Shown: positions 50,069-63,735 of the stretch, one piece after another | How the letters are laid out: each line of letters opens with the position of its first letter | Position numbering within the stretch: position 1 is the first letter of the stretch | Source of the DNA: a virus | Taxonomy: Duplodnaviria > Heunggongvirae > Uroviricota > Caudoviricetes | Virus record (IMG/VR): IMGVR_UViG_3300033463_000007 | Coordinates: 95,865-159,864 of that record | DNA: 64,000 bases | Direction: 5' to 3' (one strand) | Translations under genes and position numbers: made by a program | Notes under the pieces: generated by a model | What the model saw: only the letters and a program-made list of their open reading frames with translations | Told to the model about the DNA's origin: nothing | The model's database searches: none

Positions 50069-51985
50069 ATGCGTATAAGATATAATAGAGCTCCCGCTAC
50101 TTATAGAGATTTAAATTATATAAGTACGGGAGCTAGTGCAACCTCGTATATTGATATAGGTTATACTTGTCAATCTAATAATATTGAAATCGAGATTATT
50201 GCTACAACTACTAAAGCTAATACTGAAATGTGTTTAATTGGTGCTGGTAGTAATTTAGAAATCGGTTATTCATCGACAGCCAATAGAATTATTGCCTGAT
50301 CTTCTGGTTTAACAGTACTTGATTATGCTGATTTATCTAATTTATATAATGGTACGCCACATAGATTTTATTTTAAACAAGATAGTTCTGGTCGCATCTT
50401 TCAATTTGATGATTATACTCCAAAGACAAATACACAGCAAACAGTTTTATTAGGAAAAAAATTGTATATATTATCATATGATAGAACAAGTTATACATTA
50501 AAACAAGGTAAACTTTATAAAGTAATTATTAAAGATAATGATATTATAGTAAGCTATTTAGTACCAGCAGTAAATTTATCAAATAATAATGTTGGTATGT
50601 ATGATTTAGTTCAAAATATATTTTTTGCAAGTGCTGTAAATGATCAGCCGTTTATTGCGGGCGAGAATGCTAATTTTGCTTGTAAGCCAGCCCCAAATAC
50701 AGCACATCAATATGAACAATTAACATATCTAGAGTCTACAAATTCACAAAATAATCATCAATATATTAATATTGATGTTAGGATGAAATCTACAATTAGT
50801 GTTGATATGACATTATTACCGACTCAGCAGAATAAAGATGAAAGATTTTTAGGTGCATATGATAATGGTATTTATATTGGTCAATTAAGTTCTAAATGAA
50901 GATATGGCCCATCTTGTAGTTATAATGATTTAGCTATTGATTATAATAATCCAACAAGAATAATAGCAAAAACAAATACATGAACTTTTAATGATACTAC
51001 ATTAACTAAATCAGCATTAGGTAATAATAATCAAAGTATATTATTGTTTGCGGCCTCGTATAGAAATGATACTCCATATGGTTATGGTGCATGTAAATTA
51101 TATGAATGTAAAATTTATGATTCTGATACTTTAATACGAGATTTTATTCCTGCCCGTAGAAAGTCTGATAATGTACTAGGTTTATATGATAATATAGAAC
51201 ATAGATTTTTTACTAATGATGGCAATGGTACATTTCTTGCAGGAGAAGTTTCAGCAAGAAATAGAATAGATGATGTTACATATATACCATTGAGACCAGT
51301 AATTCCTAAATGAGATTATCAGCAAATAGAGTATATTCAGTCAACTGGTACACAATATATTAATACTGGTTATTATTGACATTCTGAAGTAACTAAGATT
51401 GATGCAACTTTTACAGTTATTACAAACTCATCTGCTGCATCTTTATGAGGTTCTGAGGAATATCAATCATCTTCAACAAGTTCAAGATATTTTGCTGGAA
51501 TTCCGTACGGTTCAAATGGTAGCTATACATGATATTTAGGAAATACCGGTCAAGCTAGTATTCAAGCTCCAATTGGAACAAAAACGCATTGAGTGGTTTA
51601 TACTACAAGCAATAAGACATATACAGCTATTAAAGATGATGTAGTGGTTACAGATGCAAGAAGCTATAGTGGCACCTGTCAGACACATACAGCAGATTTT
51701 ACATCTGATTCAAAAGGATTGTTCTATCTTTTTGCAAATCATAATAGTGGTAAAACTACAAATTATAATCCAACTCAAAAAGTACAAAGTCTAAGACTAT
51801 ATAGATTTAAAATGTATGATAATGATATATTAGTTAGAGATTTTGTCCCCTGCTATCGTAAATCAGATAACAAAGCAGGTCTTTATGATACTGTAAATAA
51901 TCAATTTTATATTGATTCTTATGGTGGTAATTTTACAAAAGGTAATGATGTAGCAAATACCGATATTCCATTTATTATTTTATAG
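50069..51985 (+). CDS. protein with three tandem LamG/concanavalin-like modules (638 aa, code 4)
   Basis: Repeated YIxSTGxQYI...KIYDxDxLxRDFxPxxRKSDNxxGLYD units; joins four track ORFs. Confidence 0.85.
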
Positions 51986-52000
51986 AAGGAAATATAATTC

Positions 52001-54949
52001 ATGTCAGCATTAAAAAATGTCATATATTTAAGTAATGAAGATTATAATACTTTAATAAGTACCGGAACAGTTACAATTAATGGTACTACTTTAACATATG
52101 ATGAAAATAATGTTTATATTACACCAGATCCGCTTGCAACAACTACAGATCCTGGTTTAATGAGTGCTGCAGATAAAGTTAAATTAGACGATATTATTAA
52201 TCGTACAGCGGCTGAAAGTGGAGAAGATTTATCACTTGTAACTACAGGTGATAAATATAGATGAGACCACATTTCTGGTGATAATCAAACTATAAAAGGC
52301 AATGGTACTTCTTTTGGTGTAAATGAGGCTGTTAATATTGTGCCAGGAACAAATGTATCAGTTACCGCTGCTACTTCTGGTGATGGTGCACCTAAAATAA
52401 CCATTGCATCTACTAATACTACTTATACTTTAACGCAACCTCAAGGTGAAGCTAATAAAGTTGTTTTAACTGGTAGTGATAATCCATCTTCACCAACAAC
52501 AATTACAATAAATAATGTTGCACATGCTACTGCAGCAGATTCCGCAACAAATGCAACAAATGCCACGGAAGCAACACATGCAGTATCTGCAGATTCGGCT
52601 ACAACTGCAACTTCAGCCAATACAGCCGGAAATACTACAAATTTAGATGGACACCCATCAAGTTACTATGCAGTAGATACAAATGTAGTTCATAAAACTG
52701 GTGATGAAACTATTTCTGGTACAAAAACATTTAATATTAGACCAGAATTAGTTGGTTCAAGACTTCCAAATACCTACCAAGAAGTTAATTATTTAAGTTT
52801 TAATGGTTCAACAGGTTATGTAGATACCGGAATTGTTATAACAGTTGCCAATAATTTATCTATAGAAATTGATGCCAATTGAAGGGGTAATAATACTGCT
52901 TTTGCCACTTTTTTTGGATATATGAAATCAACATCAGAAGTTACGCCAAGATGTGCATTTAGTATTTATAGCAACAGATATATGATTGGTATCAATAGTA
53001 CTACATCTAGTAGTGCCACACCAGTATCTGGCAGACATATATATAAATTTTATACCACATCAGGTGGTCAGCAAATTTTAGATGTAAATAATATTACTGC
53101 AGTTTCAACAAGTTATTCCTCCGATGCCTTAAATAATAATCAATTAACTTCTTATATTGCTGCAAGAAATACCGCAAATACAGCGGGCAATTTTGCAGAT
53201 ATTGATATTTATTCTGTTAAGATTATTCATAATAATATTAGTTATGATTTGGTACCTTGTTATCGTAAGTCTGATAACCAAACAGGCTTTTATGATACAA
53301 TTCATGATACATTTTTACCATCAACCGGTGGTGTAACAAAAGGCGATAATATTTCAGCTAGTACTTTTATGGTTGCAAATGATTTTGCAGCTGTAGCTTT
53401 TACAGGTGAATATAGTGCTTTAAAAAATATACCGACTATTCCAACTGGCGATAATCAAACCATTAAAGCTAAAAATTTAGGCGGTACAGATGTAATTTTT
53501 GGTACTAATGCTACAATTGAACTTACTGCAGGCTCAAATATTACTTTAACTCCTAATAATACAACTAATACAATTGAAATTGCTGCAGATAATACTACCT
53601 ATGAAAATCTTTCAGCAGCTCAGGGCGGTACAGATGTTTCTCTTGTAACAACTGGTGAAAAATATACCTGAAATGATAAGATATCTTCTCGTCCAGATGG
53701 CACAAATCTTTTATTAACTGGAACAACGCCAAAAATAAATACTGTTTACTTACCAGATTATATTCTTGGTCAACTTATTTATGGCGGCACACTAAATGCT
53801 AGTACAACAGTTGCAACGCTTTCTGCTGATGCTAAGGCTAAATTAAACACAAGTAGTAATACAATTACTCTGACAGCTAATACTGCTACAACAACAGGCT
53901 GAGGTGCAAATAAAGGTATTTATTACATTGTGGCTACGGCCGGTACAGTTTTTCAAAATACTGAATATGTATTAAGTCTTGAAGTTGGAGATTGGCTTCT
54001 TTCTGATGGCTTAAAATGAACAAAAATTGATAATACAGATGCAGTTTCAAGTGTACAAATAGGTGCAAACTCGCCACTTAGTTCTAGTACAAGCACAGCC
54101 CAGACCGGAAATGTTTCTACAACTATTTCACATAATAAAGTATTAGGAGATACAAAAGCTACTACGACAGCGGGTATTTATGGAATAGCTATAGATACCT
54201 ATGGACATATAACTGATTTAAATACAACAATGAAATTATCTAGTTCAAGGGTAGATGATGGGAATCCGTATCAAACGCAAGTTGGTGCAACAAGATTTGT
54301 AACTCCTGAGATGTATGAATATCTTGATGATAAATTATATCAGCGTCCTGCAATATCTACTTTTACTTTATATAATAACGGAAGTGCTGTATCCACAACT
54401 GTTGAAAAAGGTACTACTGTAACAGTTGGTCAAATAAGGCACCTAGAAACAAATATAGGAAATATTGCTACATTAAAATTAGATAGTGAAAATATTACCC
54501 CGGTTTCAAGTACAACAACTGCAAACTTAGCAACTGCTTTAACGATCACTTCTACAACTACTAAAACTTTAAGTGGCACAAATACAAAAGGAGAATCTTT
54601 TACAAAAACTGCAACTATTAATGTTTATAGTTATGCATATAGTAGATTAGATACCTCTACAACTACTCCAACATCTCTTTTAACAAAACAGAGTGTTTAT
54701 ACTACTTTTCAAAGTAGTGGTGCAAGTTTTTCTTATTTGACAGGTCAGTACTTATATTTATATGTACCAACCGTAAGTACAGCTACCAAAATGCAAACAA
54801 ATGTTTTAGGTCAATGAGTAGATGTTGCTTATACAAATATTGGAACAGTTACTATTACAAAAGCAAATAATACGACTGAAAGCTACAAATGTTTTAGAAC
54901 AACCGGTACTTTCTCATCTGCTGGTACAGCAACTTATAGGGTAGCTTAG
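52001..54949 (+). CDS. tail-fibre-like protein (982 aa, code 4)
   Basis: Joins track ORFs 52001, 52340, 52922 and 54230; VVHKTGDETISGTKTF; LamG-like module. Confidence 0.85.
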
Positions 54950-54970
54950 AATGAAGGAGATTTAAAATTA

Positions 54971-57900
54971 ATGGCTTTAACAGTAAATACAAATATTGTA
55001 AATGATGGTGATAAATATTTACTAGATGCTAAAAATGTTAAAGGTACATTTAGTGTAATTTCTTCCTTTGATGAGTTAGAGCATCCGACAGCACATACAA
55101 TTTATCCAACTCAGATTGTTGGTAGTTTAGTTTATAACACCTCTGACTCTAAATTTTATAGATACAATGGAAGCACCTGAGATGAGGTATTTACAAAAAT
55201 AGATACAGATACTAATACTTGACGCACTATTAAAGTTAATAATACGGAAATATTAGGAAGTGCTACTTCTACAAATGCTTTAAACTTAGTACCTGGTACA
55301 CATCATATTTCAGTAACACCAGAAAATAGTAGTGGCTATACTGGAAAAATTACTATTGACACTGATCTTGAAAGTAAGACAGCTGCTTCTGGCGGTACAG
55401 CTGAATCATTAGTAACAACAGGTGAAAAGTATACTTGAAATAATAAATCAGATTTTTCTGGAAATTATAATGATTTAACTAATAAGCCAACATTATTTTC
55501 TGGAAATTATAATGATTTAACAAATAAACCAACCATTCCAACAGTTAATAATGCAATTTTAACTATTACTCAAAATGGAACTGGCATTGGTACTTTTACT
55601 GCTAATTCAAATACAGATACAACTATTGAAGTTACTGATACTACATATAGTTCGGAAACTGCCGAGCAAGGTGGCACAGCAGTTTCTCTTGTAACAACAG
55701 GTGAAAAGTATATATGAAATAATAAACAAGATGCTATAACAATAGATAGTGCAGTTAGTCTATCTTCCTCAAATCCAGTTCAAAATAAAGCTATCGGGAA
55801 TTATATAGCTGCTCGTGGTGAACATTTATTAACAAATGGATTTGCAAATTTAAAAAATAATTATAACTTCACAGCATTCGCTTATGATGGCAGCGATACC
55901 TATTATGCAAATGGTTGCTTTAAAAAGATGGGCTGGGGTGCTTATGCTACCTATACTAATGATGAGCCTATTCCAGTCGATGTTAATATGACATATCGTT
56001 TTGATTTTTACACCAAAACGAATCATTCTGGTGCGCAAGTAAATGGTTATATTCGTGCTTATGATATAGATGGTAATGAAATTGGCTCATATCAGGTTGC
56101 ACCTCGTGCTAATACTTTAACAACATTAGCACAAGACTTAAAAAATGGTGATACTAAGATATATCTTACAGATATGTCTAATTGACAAAGTACAAATCTT
56201 GGAACAAATAATGCTTCTATATTAATTTATGGATATGCTAACTCTTACGGTTATATATATCCACCAGAGACTTATACAAGATATAGATATACTAGCTTAT
56301 GATCACAAGCATCTCAAATGGACTATGAGAATAATTGTATTACATTAACTAGTGCTTGAAATAAGGGTCCTTTTTCTGCTGGAACTCCAATATCACAAGG
56401 ACAAGATGGTTCAGGTGCATTATATTGTAATATTGATGATGTTAGTATAACTTGCACTCTTAAAACAGACTCTGATTCTGCCACACAGGCAATGAATGGT
56501 TGAGAGCATCACTGATATCATATTAATGGTGTCCAAAATAAAAATACTTTTGCTACAAGCCAATTTCCTTTTGGCACAGCTTATATTAAAGTAGGCTTAA
56601 TGAATCGTATTAGCCAAGCCTCTACAGAATATTTTAAGTTATCTACAATGTCTATGACCACTTCAGCAGCATCTGTAGACCAATTTAAGATTCCGTCAAG
56701 TACAGGCTCTTATAACTATGATTATCCACTATTATTTAAAAATCATAAAAATCAAAATACTGAAGTAGCCAATACGAGTTTTGCAACCACTTTAACTTAT
56801 AACCCGCATTCTAAAGTATTAAAAGTAAATGGTACTGCTGCAGTTTTAACTGACACAAAAAATACAGCTGGTACTACTAATAAGGCCGCTACAAAGTTAT
56901 TCTTAGTTGGTGCTCAAACACAGGAAGCAAATCCAACCACTTATTCAAATGTAAATTGTTATATTGGTACTGATAATTGTTTATATAGTAACGGACAAAA
57001 AGTATTAACATCATATACTCCCGGTGTAGATACAAATCAAACTATAACAGCTGCAAATGTAACTTTTGATCCTGATGTTGAAGTTGAGCTTGTTGCTGGT
57101 TCAAATATTGGAATAACAGCTGATAGTACACACAATCAAATTATAATATCTTCTACTGCATCTGGCAGTAATCAAATGGTTAAAGCTGGGGATGTTACAT
57201 TTGATGCAAATGATATAGTTAATTTTGTAAATGGTGATAATATTAGTGTAGTAGGTGATGCAACAGCTAAAACTATTACCATTACTGGTACATCACCCGG
57301 TAATGGCATACTAACTTTAAACAGAAATGCCGAACTTGGTAATTCTAAGGTTGAGGTTGGTACTTTTACCGCAAATCAATCCACCAATACTAGTTTAGAT
57401 ATTTCTGATTTATATTATTGTACTTATAGTGCTACTGGTGAAGGTACAACAGTTGCTGAGATAGATGCTGCCTTAGCTGCTAATAAATTACCAGTTTGCT
57501 GATTTTCAAATAGATTATATATTTATTTTGGTATAAATAGTAATTATAGATACTTCTCTTGTGTTACAAATAGGTCCGCTTATATTATTCGTATTATAGC
57601 AGATAGTAGCAGTGCCGATTTTAATAAATGAAGTAATGACTATGATACTTTTGAATTTCAATATTATAAAAGAACAAGCACACAAGGTTGGGGTGGTGGC
57701 GATTTAACTAATGTTAATAATAATAATTATCCATCTGAAAAACTTGTATATGATTCATTGAGTCAAGTAAAGCAAAGCATACCAAGTATTACACTTACTG
57801 CCACAGCTGGAGAGGAAGCACTTACAGTTAATGCAACCGGCCCGGTAAATCTTGCTACAAGAGATACTGCACAAACAATAAGCGGAGCTAAAACATTTAG

Positions 57901-58432
57901 TACTGCAGTAACTTTAAATAATAATATTTCACTGCAGGGTAAAACTAGTACTGGTACAGCGACCTATAATCTAGTTAAAGTAAATAATGTTGCAAATGGC
58001 ATTGAAGTAGGTGATGCTAATACTGCATTAATCCTACAATCAAGTGGTTCTGTAATTCCAAACGGTAATGGCACTAAAAGTTTAGGTGCTGCCAGCTATA
58101 GTTGAGATAAATTATATATTTCCGGAGCTATATTGGATGGTACAAATAGTTATGGTTTAGTTTTACCAAGCACTTCTGGATGATCATCTAGTAAAACTAT
58201 TGCTACAACAGATCAACTAGTTAATAAAGTTAATCCTGCTACAGATAATGCAGCAGTTCGTTTTGATGGCACTTCAGGGGCAATACAAGATAGTGCAGTT
58301 ATTATTACTGATGATAAGCGGGTAAAAGCCCATGGTTATATTTTACAGACAACAGCAAGTAGTACAACAACAGATAAAGTAGAAATGCTGTATGATGCAA
58401 GCGAAGAATGTATTAAGTTTGTATTTAATTAG
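54971..58432 (+). CDS. tail-fibre-like protein (1,153 aa, code 4)
   Basis: Joins track ORFs 54971, 55928, 56600 and 57758; FSGNYNDLTNKPT duplicated; C-terminal MLYDASEECIKFVFN. Confidence 0.85.
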
Positions 58433-58444
58433 AAAGGAATTCAT

Positions 58445-60850
58445 ATGAGCTTAATTTTACATTTACCTTTAAATGGAAATTTAAATAATTATGGGTGTTC
58501 TGATGCAGTTGCTACCGCAAGTAATATAACACTTAGTAATGATGGATTAATTGATAAGACTTACTCATTTAATACTTCTTCAACAAATAATTGTATAATA
58601 TTAAGTAATTGTAGTGATTTATATAGCTGTTTTACTGGCGGAAATCAACAATTTTCTATTTGTTTTTGAGTCTATGACCAAGATGGTAATGGTTCAACAA
58701 ACGCAATGCGTGCTGTTTATTTTGGTGATTATGAATTAACTGGAACAATGCAGTTCAATGTAGAAAAATCTGCAAATGGCAGGTTTAGAGTATACTGAGA
58801 TCCAAGCGGAAATCCAGCTGGCTTTGATTGGTATGCTGGAGATACTTCTACTCTTATACCTCAAGAGGTTTGAACACATGTAGCACTTATTTATGATGGT
58901 ACTGCTTTAAAGTGTTATTTAGATGGGGTTTTAAAAGGCGTTCGTGATGGTATAATACCAGCCAGAAATAAAACAGCTGGTAATTTTCAAATTGGTAAAG
59001 ATAGTAGAAATGGTGATACTGCTTTTCAGGGTAAAATAAATGATTTTAGAATTTATGATCACGCTTTATCTATAAAAGAACTAAAAGAATTACAAAAAAA
59101 ATTAGTTTTACATTATACTTTTTCTGATAAGAGCATTGAACCAACAACAAATTTGTTAAAATATGATGATACGTCACCTGTTTATAATGGAAGTACTACT
59201 AAATGATCCCGTTATGGAAATGGTGTTCAATTAAATCCATCTGCCTACCCAAGTGATACTTACTGATTTTTTAGATTAGCTTCAGGTGCAACATCATTAA
59301 CAGCAAATACTACTTATACACTTTCTTATGATGTAACGGGATTAACTGTTAATAATATTAGTTTTAAATTTGCAAATAAATACGGTCCATATACTTTACA
59401 TAATGGCCACAATGAGCATACTTTTACAACAGACAGTTCTGAATTACGGATATTTTATGATGATAATGGTACTAATTCAGCACAAGGACCCTATCAAATA
59501 ACTAATTTTCAATTGGAACAAAAAGATCATGGCACATCTTGAGTCATTGGCTCACGAACTTTTGAGCCTGTAATTGATATCAGCAATAATGGGTATGATT
59601 CTATTACAAATACTAATCTATTAGTAGTGGATGCAAATGCATATGGTTCTACGGCTTTGCAGTTAGGCTCATCTAAATATATGTTAGCGCCCGCTTTACC
59701 CGCATCTTGTAAAACAAATTGTACTGTTTGTTTTTGGTATAAAGGTGCTGTTACAAGCGGAAATGTTGTATTTGCAGATGCTACATCGGAAACTTGTGTA
59801 GGTTTTTACTCAAATAATACTGTAATTGTTGCTGCCGGCACCAGCTCCTCAACTAAATTTGTTCAAAAACGACAGCATTGAAAAGATAATGAGTGAAATC
59901 ATGTTGCAGTTGTATATGGTAATGGTACTTATACTTTATATATTAATGGGGAAGCCTGTGAAGCCAATACAAATAAAAACTATTGAACATGTACTTCTAC
60001 AAATTTTCTAATGGGCTGCCGTTATAATGGTTCTTATAACCAATTTGCAAATGGACAAGTGACCGATTTTAAAGTTTATAAAACACAATTAACAGTTGCC
60101 GAAATTTTAGATGAATATAAAATAAAAAGTTTAATTTACAACAATGGCTTATTAGAATGTGCCGAATTTTCAGAAAGTGTTTCTAATATAATATTACCAA
60201 ATAAATCAGGCATAGTTAAGGCAACAACAATAAGTGAAGGATCTAGTCAAGTAAAACTTTATGGCGGGTATACTTTATTAAGTTATATTCAAACTTCTGG
60301 TAGTCAATATATTAATACTGGTACTAAAGGGAGTGCTGGCTTAAGTTTTAACTTACAAGTAGCTTTTACTGAACAAACAAGCAGTTTCCAAATGAATGGC
60401 TGAAACTCAGATGCCCAAATAGGTATTGATTCCTCTAAATATTGATGAAATCGTCAAAGAGGAGCTTCACCTACTTTAAATACAATTAATCAAATATATA
60501 ATACTAAATTAGTTATAGGTGAAACTACTTCAAGCTTATATATTAATGATGTATTGGAAGTCACTTCAAATTTGGCTTCAAATTATAATAGTAAAGTATT
60601 TTGTGTTGGTGCTACTATTGGTAGTTCAATACAATTTTATGCCAGGGAAAAAGTATACCGATTAACTGTAAATGATTCAAATAATAATATTATTGCAGAT
60701 TATATTCCCGTTAAAAAGAACGCTACTAATGCTTTAGGATTATATGATTTAATAAGTAATAAATTTTATGCCGGAACTGGCACACTTACTGCCGGAAATG
60801 AATTAGGCAGTATAAGTCATATTGATGCTTATCAGCTTATAGAACAATAA
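58445..60850 (+). CDS. multi-LamG domain tail protein (801 aa, code 4)
   Basis: EV(TGA)THVALIYDG and NE(TGA)NHVAVVY LamG motifs; FQGKINDFRIYDHALS. Confidence 0.88.
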
Positions 60851-60873
60851 TAGCGAAAGGAAAGCTATAATAC

Positions 60874-62976
60874 ATGGCAGAACTTAAAAGTACAAATATA
60901 AATGGAAATTTAAATGTTACAGGTAAGATAACTGGTGGTAAAGTTGTAAGGTATGATACCAATGCCCAAGGTTTAACTGATACGGAAAAAGCTAATGTCA
61001 GAACAAATATTGGGGCTGGTACTTCTAATTTTACTGGTTATACGGCTTCAAATAAGTTATCAACTGATTACATTAACAATACGGCCGGTTGAACTTCAAA
61101 TAGCGGTACTGTAACAAGTGTTGCAATTGGTACTGATACACCTGCATTATCAGTTACAGGATCGCCTATTACTGGTTCTGGAACAATCAAGGTAGATGTG
61201 GCAAGTGGTTATACTATTCCAACAACTACTGATTGAACTAATCGAGCTAAAATTTATTGAGCAACTTATGGAACTACTACTTATGATGAAATAAAAACGG
61301 CAAAAGATAGCGGATATTATGTAGCAGTACGTTATACAAGTAATGAAGTTACAGGTACAAATATTTATGGTAATTTATATGCATCCGAACATTCGAACTG
61401 ATATGGTTTTACTAGTTTAGCTCGTACTTCAAAAAGTGGTATTTGAGGTACTACTACTAATTGTATTTATTGTGCTAAAAGTACTGATGGTTCTTCTAGC
61501 TGAACTGCAGATCAAGTATGACTTGGTAGTGGTACTGTTACATCTATTAATAATGTTACACCCAATAGTACGGGTGTAATTAATTTAACTGCAAGTGATG
61601 TATATGCTTTACCAAGCTCAACAAATTATTTAGCAAGTATTACAAAAACAAATAATTCAATAACTATAGCAAATAATACTGGAAATGAAGTATCTTTTTC
61701 GATAAAATATTATCCGCATACTATACAATTGACTGGAACCTCAGGTAATCGCACATATCATCTTAGATTTATATCTCCATCACCCACTTTATTAACAACT
61801 TGGGATAGTTTTTATGCTGCTTGTTCTACAAATGAATTAATTTTTATCTCTGGGTATTGTACAGCTCCATCTGATTCTACAAAATTTGTTATCACGGATT
61901 GAGGCACAACTTTTGGAACTACGGTACCCGGTGATAGTAGTACAGCATATTTAATGTATAATGCTTATGCACAAACTGCACTCGGAACAAATGCTTCTTC
62001 TGGTGAAACTTGAACTTGAATTAGCCCAAATCTTTTGGGCAACCAAATTGCATCTATTACAGATAGAATAACGTCCCAAACTACTACTATTACATATTTA
62101 ACTGGAAATCTCTCGGTTGGTAGCACTAATACTGTAGCTCTTGGTGCTGGCATTGATACTGTTATAATTTATTGAAAATATGAAGATGATGATGATTCAA
62201 TTTGGGAATATAAAGTTATTTCTGCTAATATGCCATATGAAGAGGATGGAGATTATTTAAGGTTAAATGATGCAGGCACTCTGTCATATTATCTTAATTC
62301 TACAACATGAGGTGATGGCTATAGCACAGAACCAAAATATTTAGCTATTCAAAATACTAATTATATACCTTTTGTAAAAGATATTTACTATGAATCCGCT
62401 AGCATCCCTGGTAATGCAGTAACTGGTGTCTGGGATTGCAATGGAAATTGTAAATTTGCATTATGTGAAAAATATGATAAAAGAAAGCCTTTTGATGGAG
62501 ATGTAACTATAGCTAGGGGGCCTTGTTTGCAGGGTGTAGGAGATACTACTTGAACAATATCTTTACCAAGTATAAGTACTGTTTCATATTCAGCTGGAAA
62601 TCTTTCATATACTATAAATGCCAATACTCCGCCTGCTCTTGAAATATTTGCGCTTTGTGCTCAGCAAAAAGCAAGTAGTTATAATTTAACACATGATATA
62701 AGCACAATAACTGATACTAATGTAGGTGATGTTTATATTAAAATTGGTACACCTCCAGCAGATGTTTCTGATTGAACTTATTATGTTACGGGGCCAAACA
62801 CAAATTTACCTGAATCTATACAAGCTAATAAAATATATATATGAAAAAATAGTAGTAGTGATGTTTGAATTTATGGCCACCGGCTTTCAAGTGGGGCTAT
62901 AAGTTATAGTAATCCTGTAGAAATTACTCTTATGGGAGATACACAATTAAAAGTTATAAATAAATTTAATTCATAA
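60874..62976 (+). CDS. tail-fibre-like protein (700 aa, code 4)
   Basis: Single frame to TAA 62974; MAELKSTNINGNLNVTG; many TGA-Trp. Confidence 0.85.
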
Positions 62977-63009
62977 AAAATAAAGCCCTTTAAAAGGGCT
63001 TTATTTTTT
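62976..63009 (+). terminator. Rho-independent terminator
   Basis: AAAATAAAGCCCT / AGGGCTTTATTTT. Confidence 0.9.
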
Positions 63010-63048
63010 ATTTTTAATTAAAATTAAGTTATAGAATTACTTTTATTA

Positions 63049-63063
63049 GCTAAATTATTATGA
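63049..63063 (+). promoter_or_regulatory. putative phage late promoter, copy 6 (variant)
   Basis: GCTAAATTATTATGA after a terminator. Confidence 0.5.
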
Positions 63064-63097
63064 ATAATAGATTTATTTTAAATTGTGAGGTTATTTT

Positions 63098-63721
63098 ATG
63101 GCAAATAAGACGCTTGTATATGAATTAGACTTTACAAATTTTATGTATACTAACCCAGATGACTGGGAAAAAGCTAAAAATAAACCAATTTGTACCCTAG
63201 ATTTAGCTGTTAATAATGGTGAAGTTTTATATTCTGCTTCCACCGCTGATATACTTATTTATTTAGATAGCATTTTATCTTTTAAGCTTAAAGCAGATTT
63301 AGATTATTTTCTAGATAGTATTTTAGATATAATTTCTATTGGACTTAATTTTAAAGATTCAACTTCAACTGAAATTTTACCAAATAGTTTACTAGTTAGA
63401 TCCTATGAAAGTACAGGCGGTACTGCATTATTATCTCTTAAATTTTCTAAAGATACACTAGATTATTTAGCAGTGTATTTTAAAGATAAAATATTAGAAA
63501 AGATTGAAATAACTGTTAATGCAACACAAGCAGACGTGGTCCAACCAGCTGCAATAGCCTCTGAGGATGATAATTTACAGTCTGAAGATGAAAATGAAAG
63601 TGAAGAGAATGAAAATAATAATGAAGAAAATGAAGATAATAATATAACTGCAGATGAAAATACGCTAATTTTAAATAGTGTTTTTGTAACACCAACAAGA
63701 AATACACTTACTATTTATTAA
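63098..63721 (+). CDS. hypothetical protein with an acidic E/N-rich tail
   Basis: ORF track; GAGG RBS. Confidence 0.75.
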   Translation: MANKTLVYELDFTNFMYTNPDDWEKAKNKPICTLDLAVNNGEVLYSASTADILIYLDSILSFKLKADLDYFLDSILDIISIGLNFKDSTSTEILPNSLLVRSYESTGGTALLSLKFSKDTLDYLAVYFKDKILEKIEITVNATQADVVQPAAIASEDDNLQSEDENESEENENNNEENEDNNITADENTLILNSVFVTPTRNTLTIY

Positions 63722-63735
63722 GGAAAACATATAAA

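Noticed and set aside
22880-60850. TGA as Gly (code 25) or selenocysteine
   Set aside because: Aligned positions are Trp in paralogues within the window (LDW in 9838 versus 12515; GTxW domains) and in known motifs (WHGGEP, WxHV).
12126-62976. Reading the many short track ORFs as pseudogenes or frameshifted fragments
   Set aside because: Consecutive fragments share one frame and are separated only by TGA, never TAA or TAG, and the TGA falls at conserved Trp positions.
41374-62976. Diversity-generating retroelement acting on the fibres
   Set aside because: No reverse transcriptase and no template/variable repeat pair differing at adenines was noticed.
485-63707. Minus-strand and off-frame ORFs in the track (e.g. 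40551-41060, 29417-29755, 33207-33545)
   Set aside because: They are antisense shadows of + strand genes or tRNAs, with no RBS or recognisable domains.
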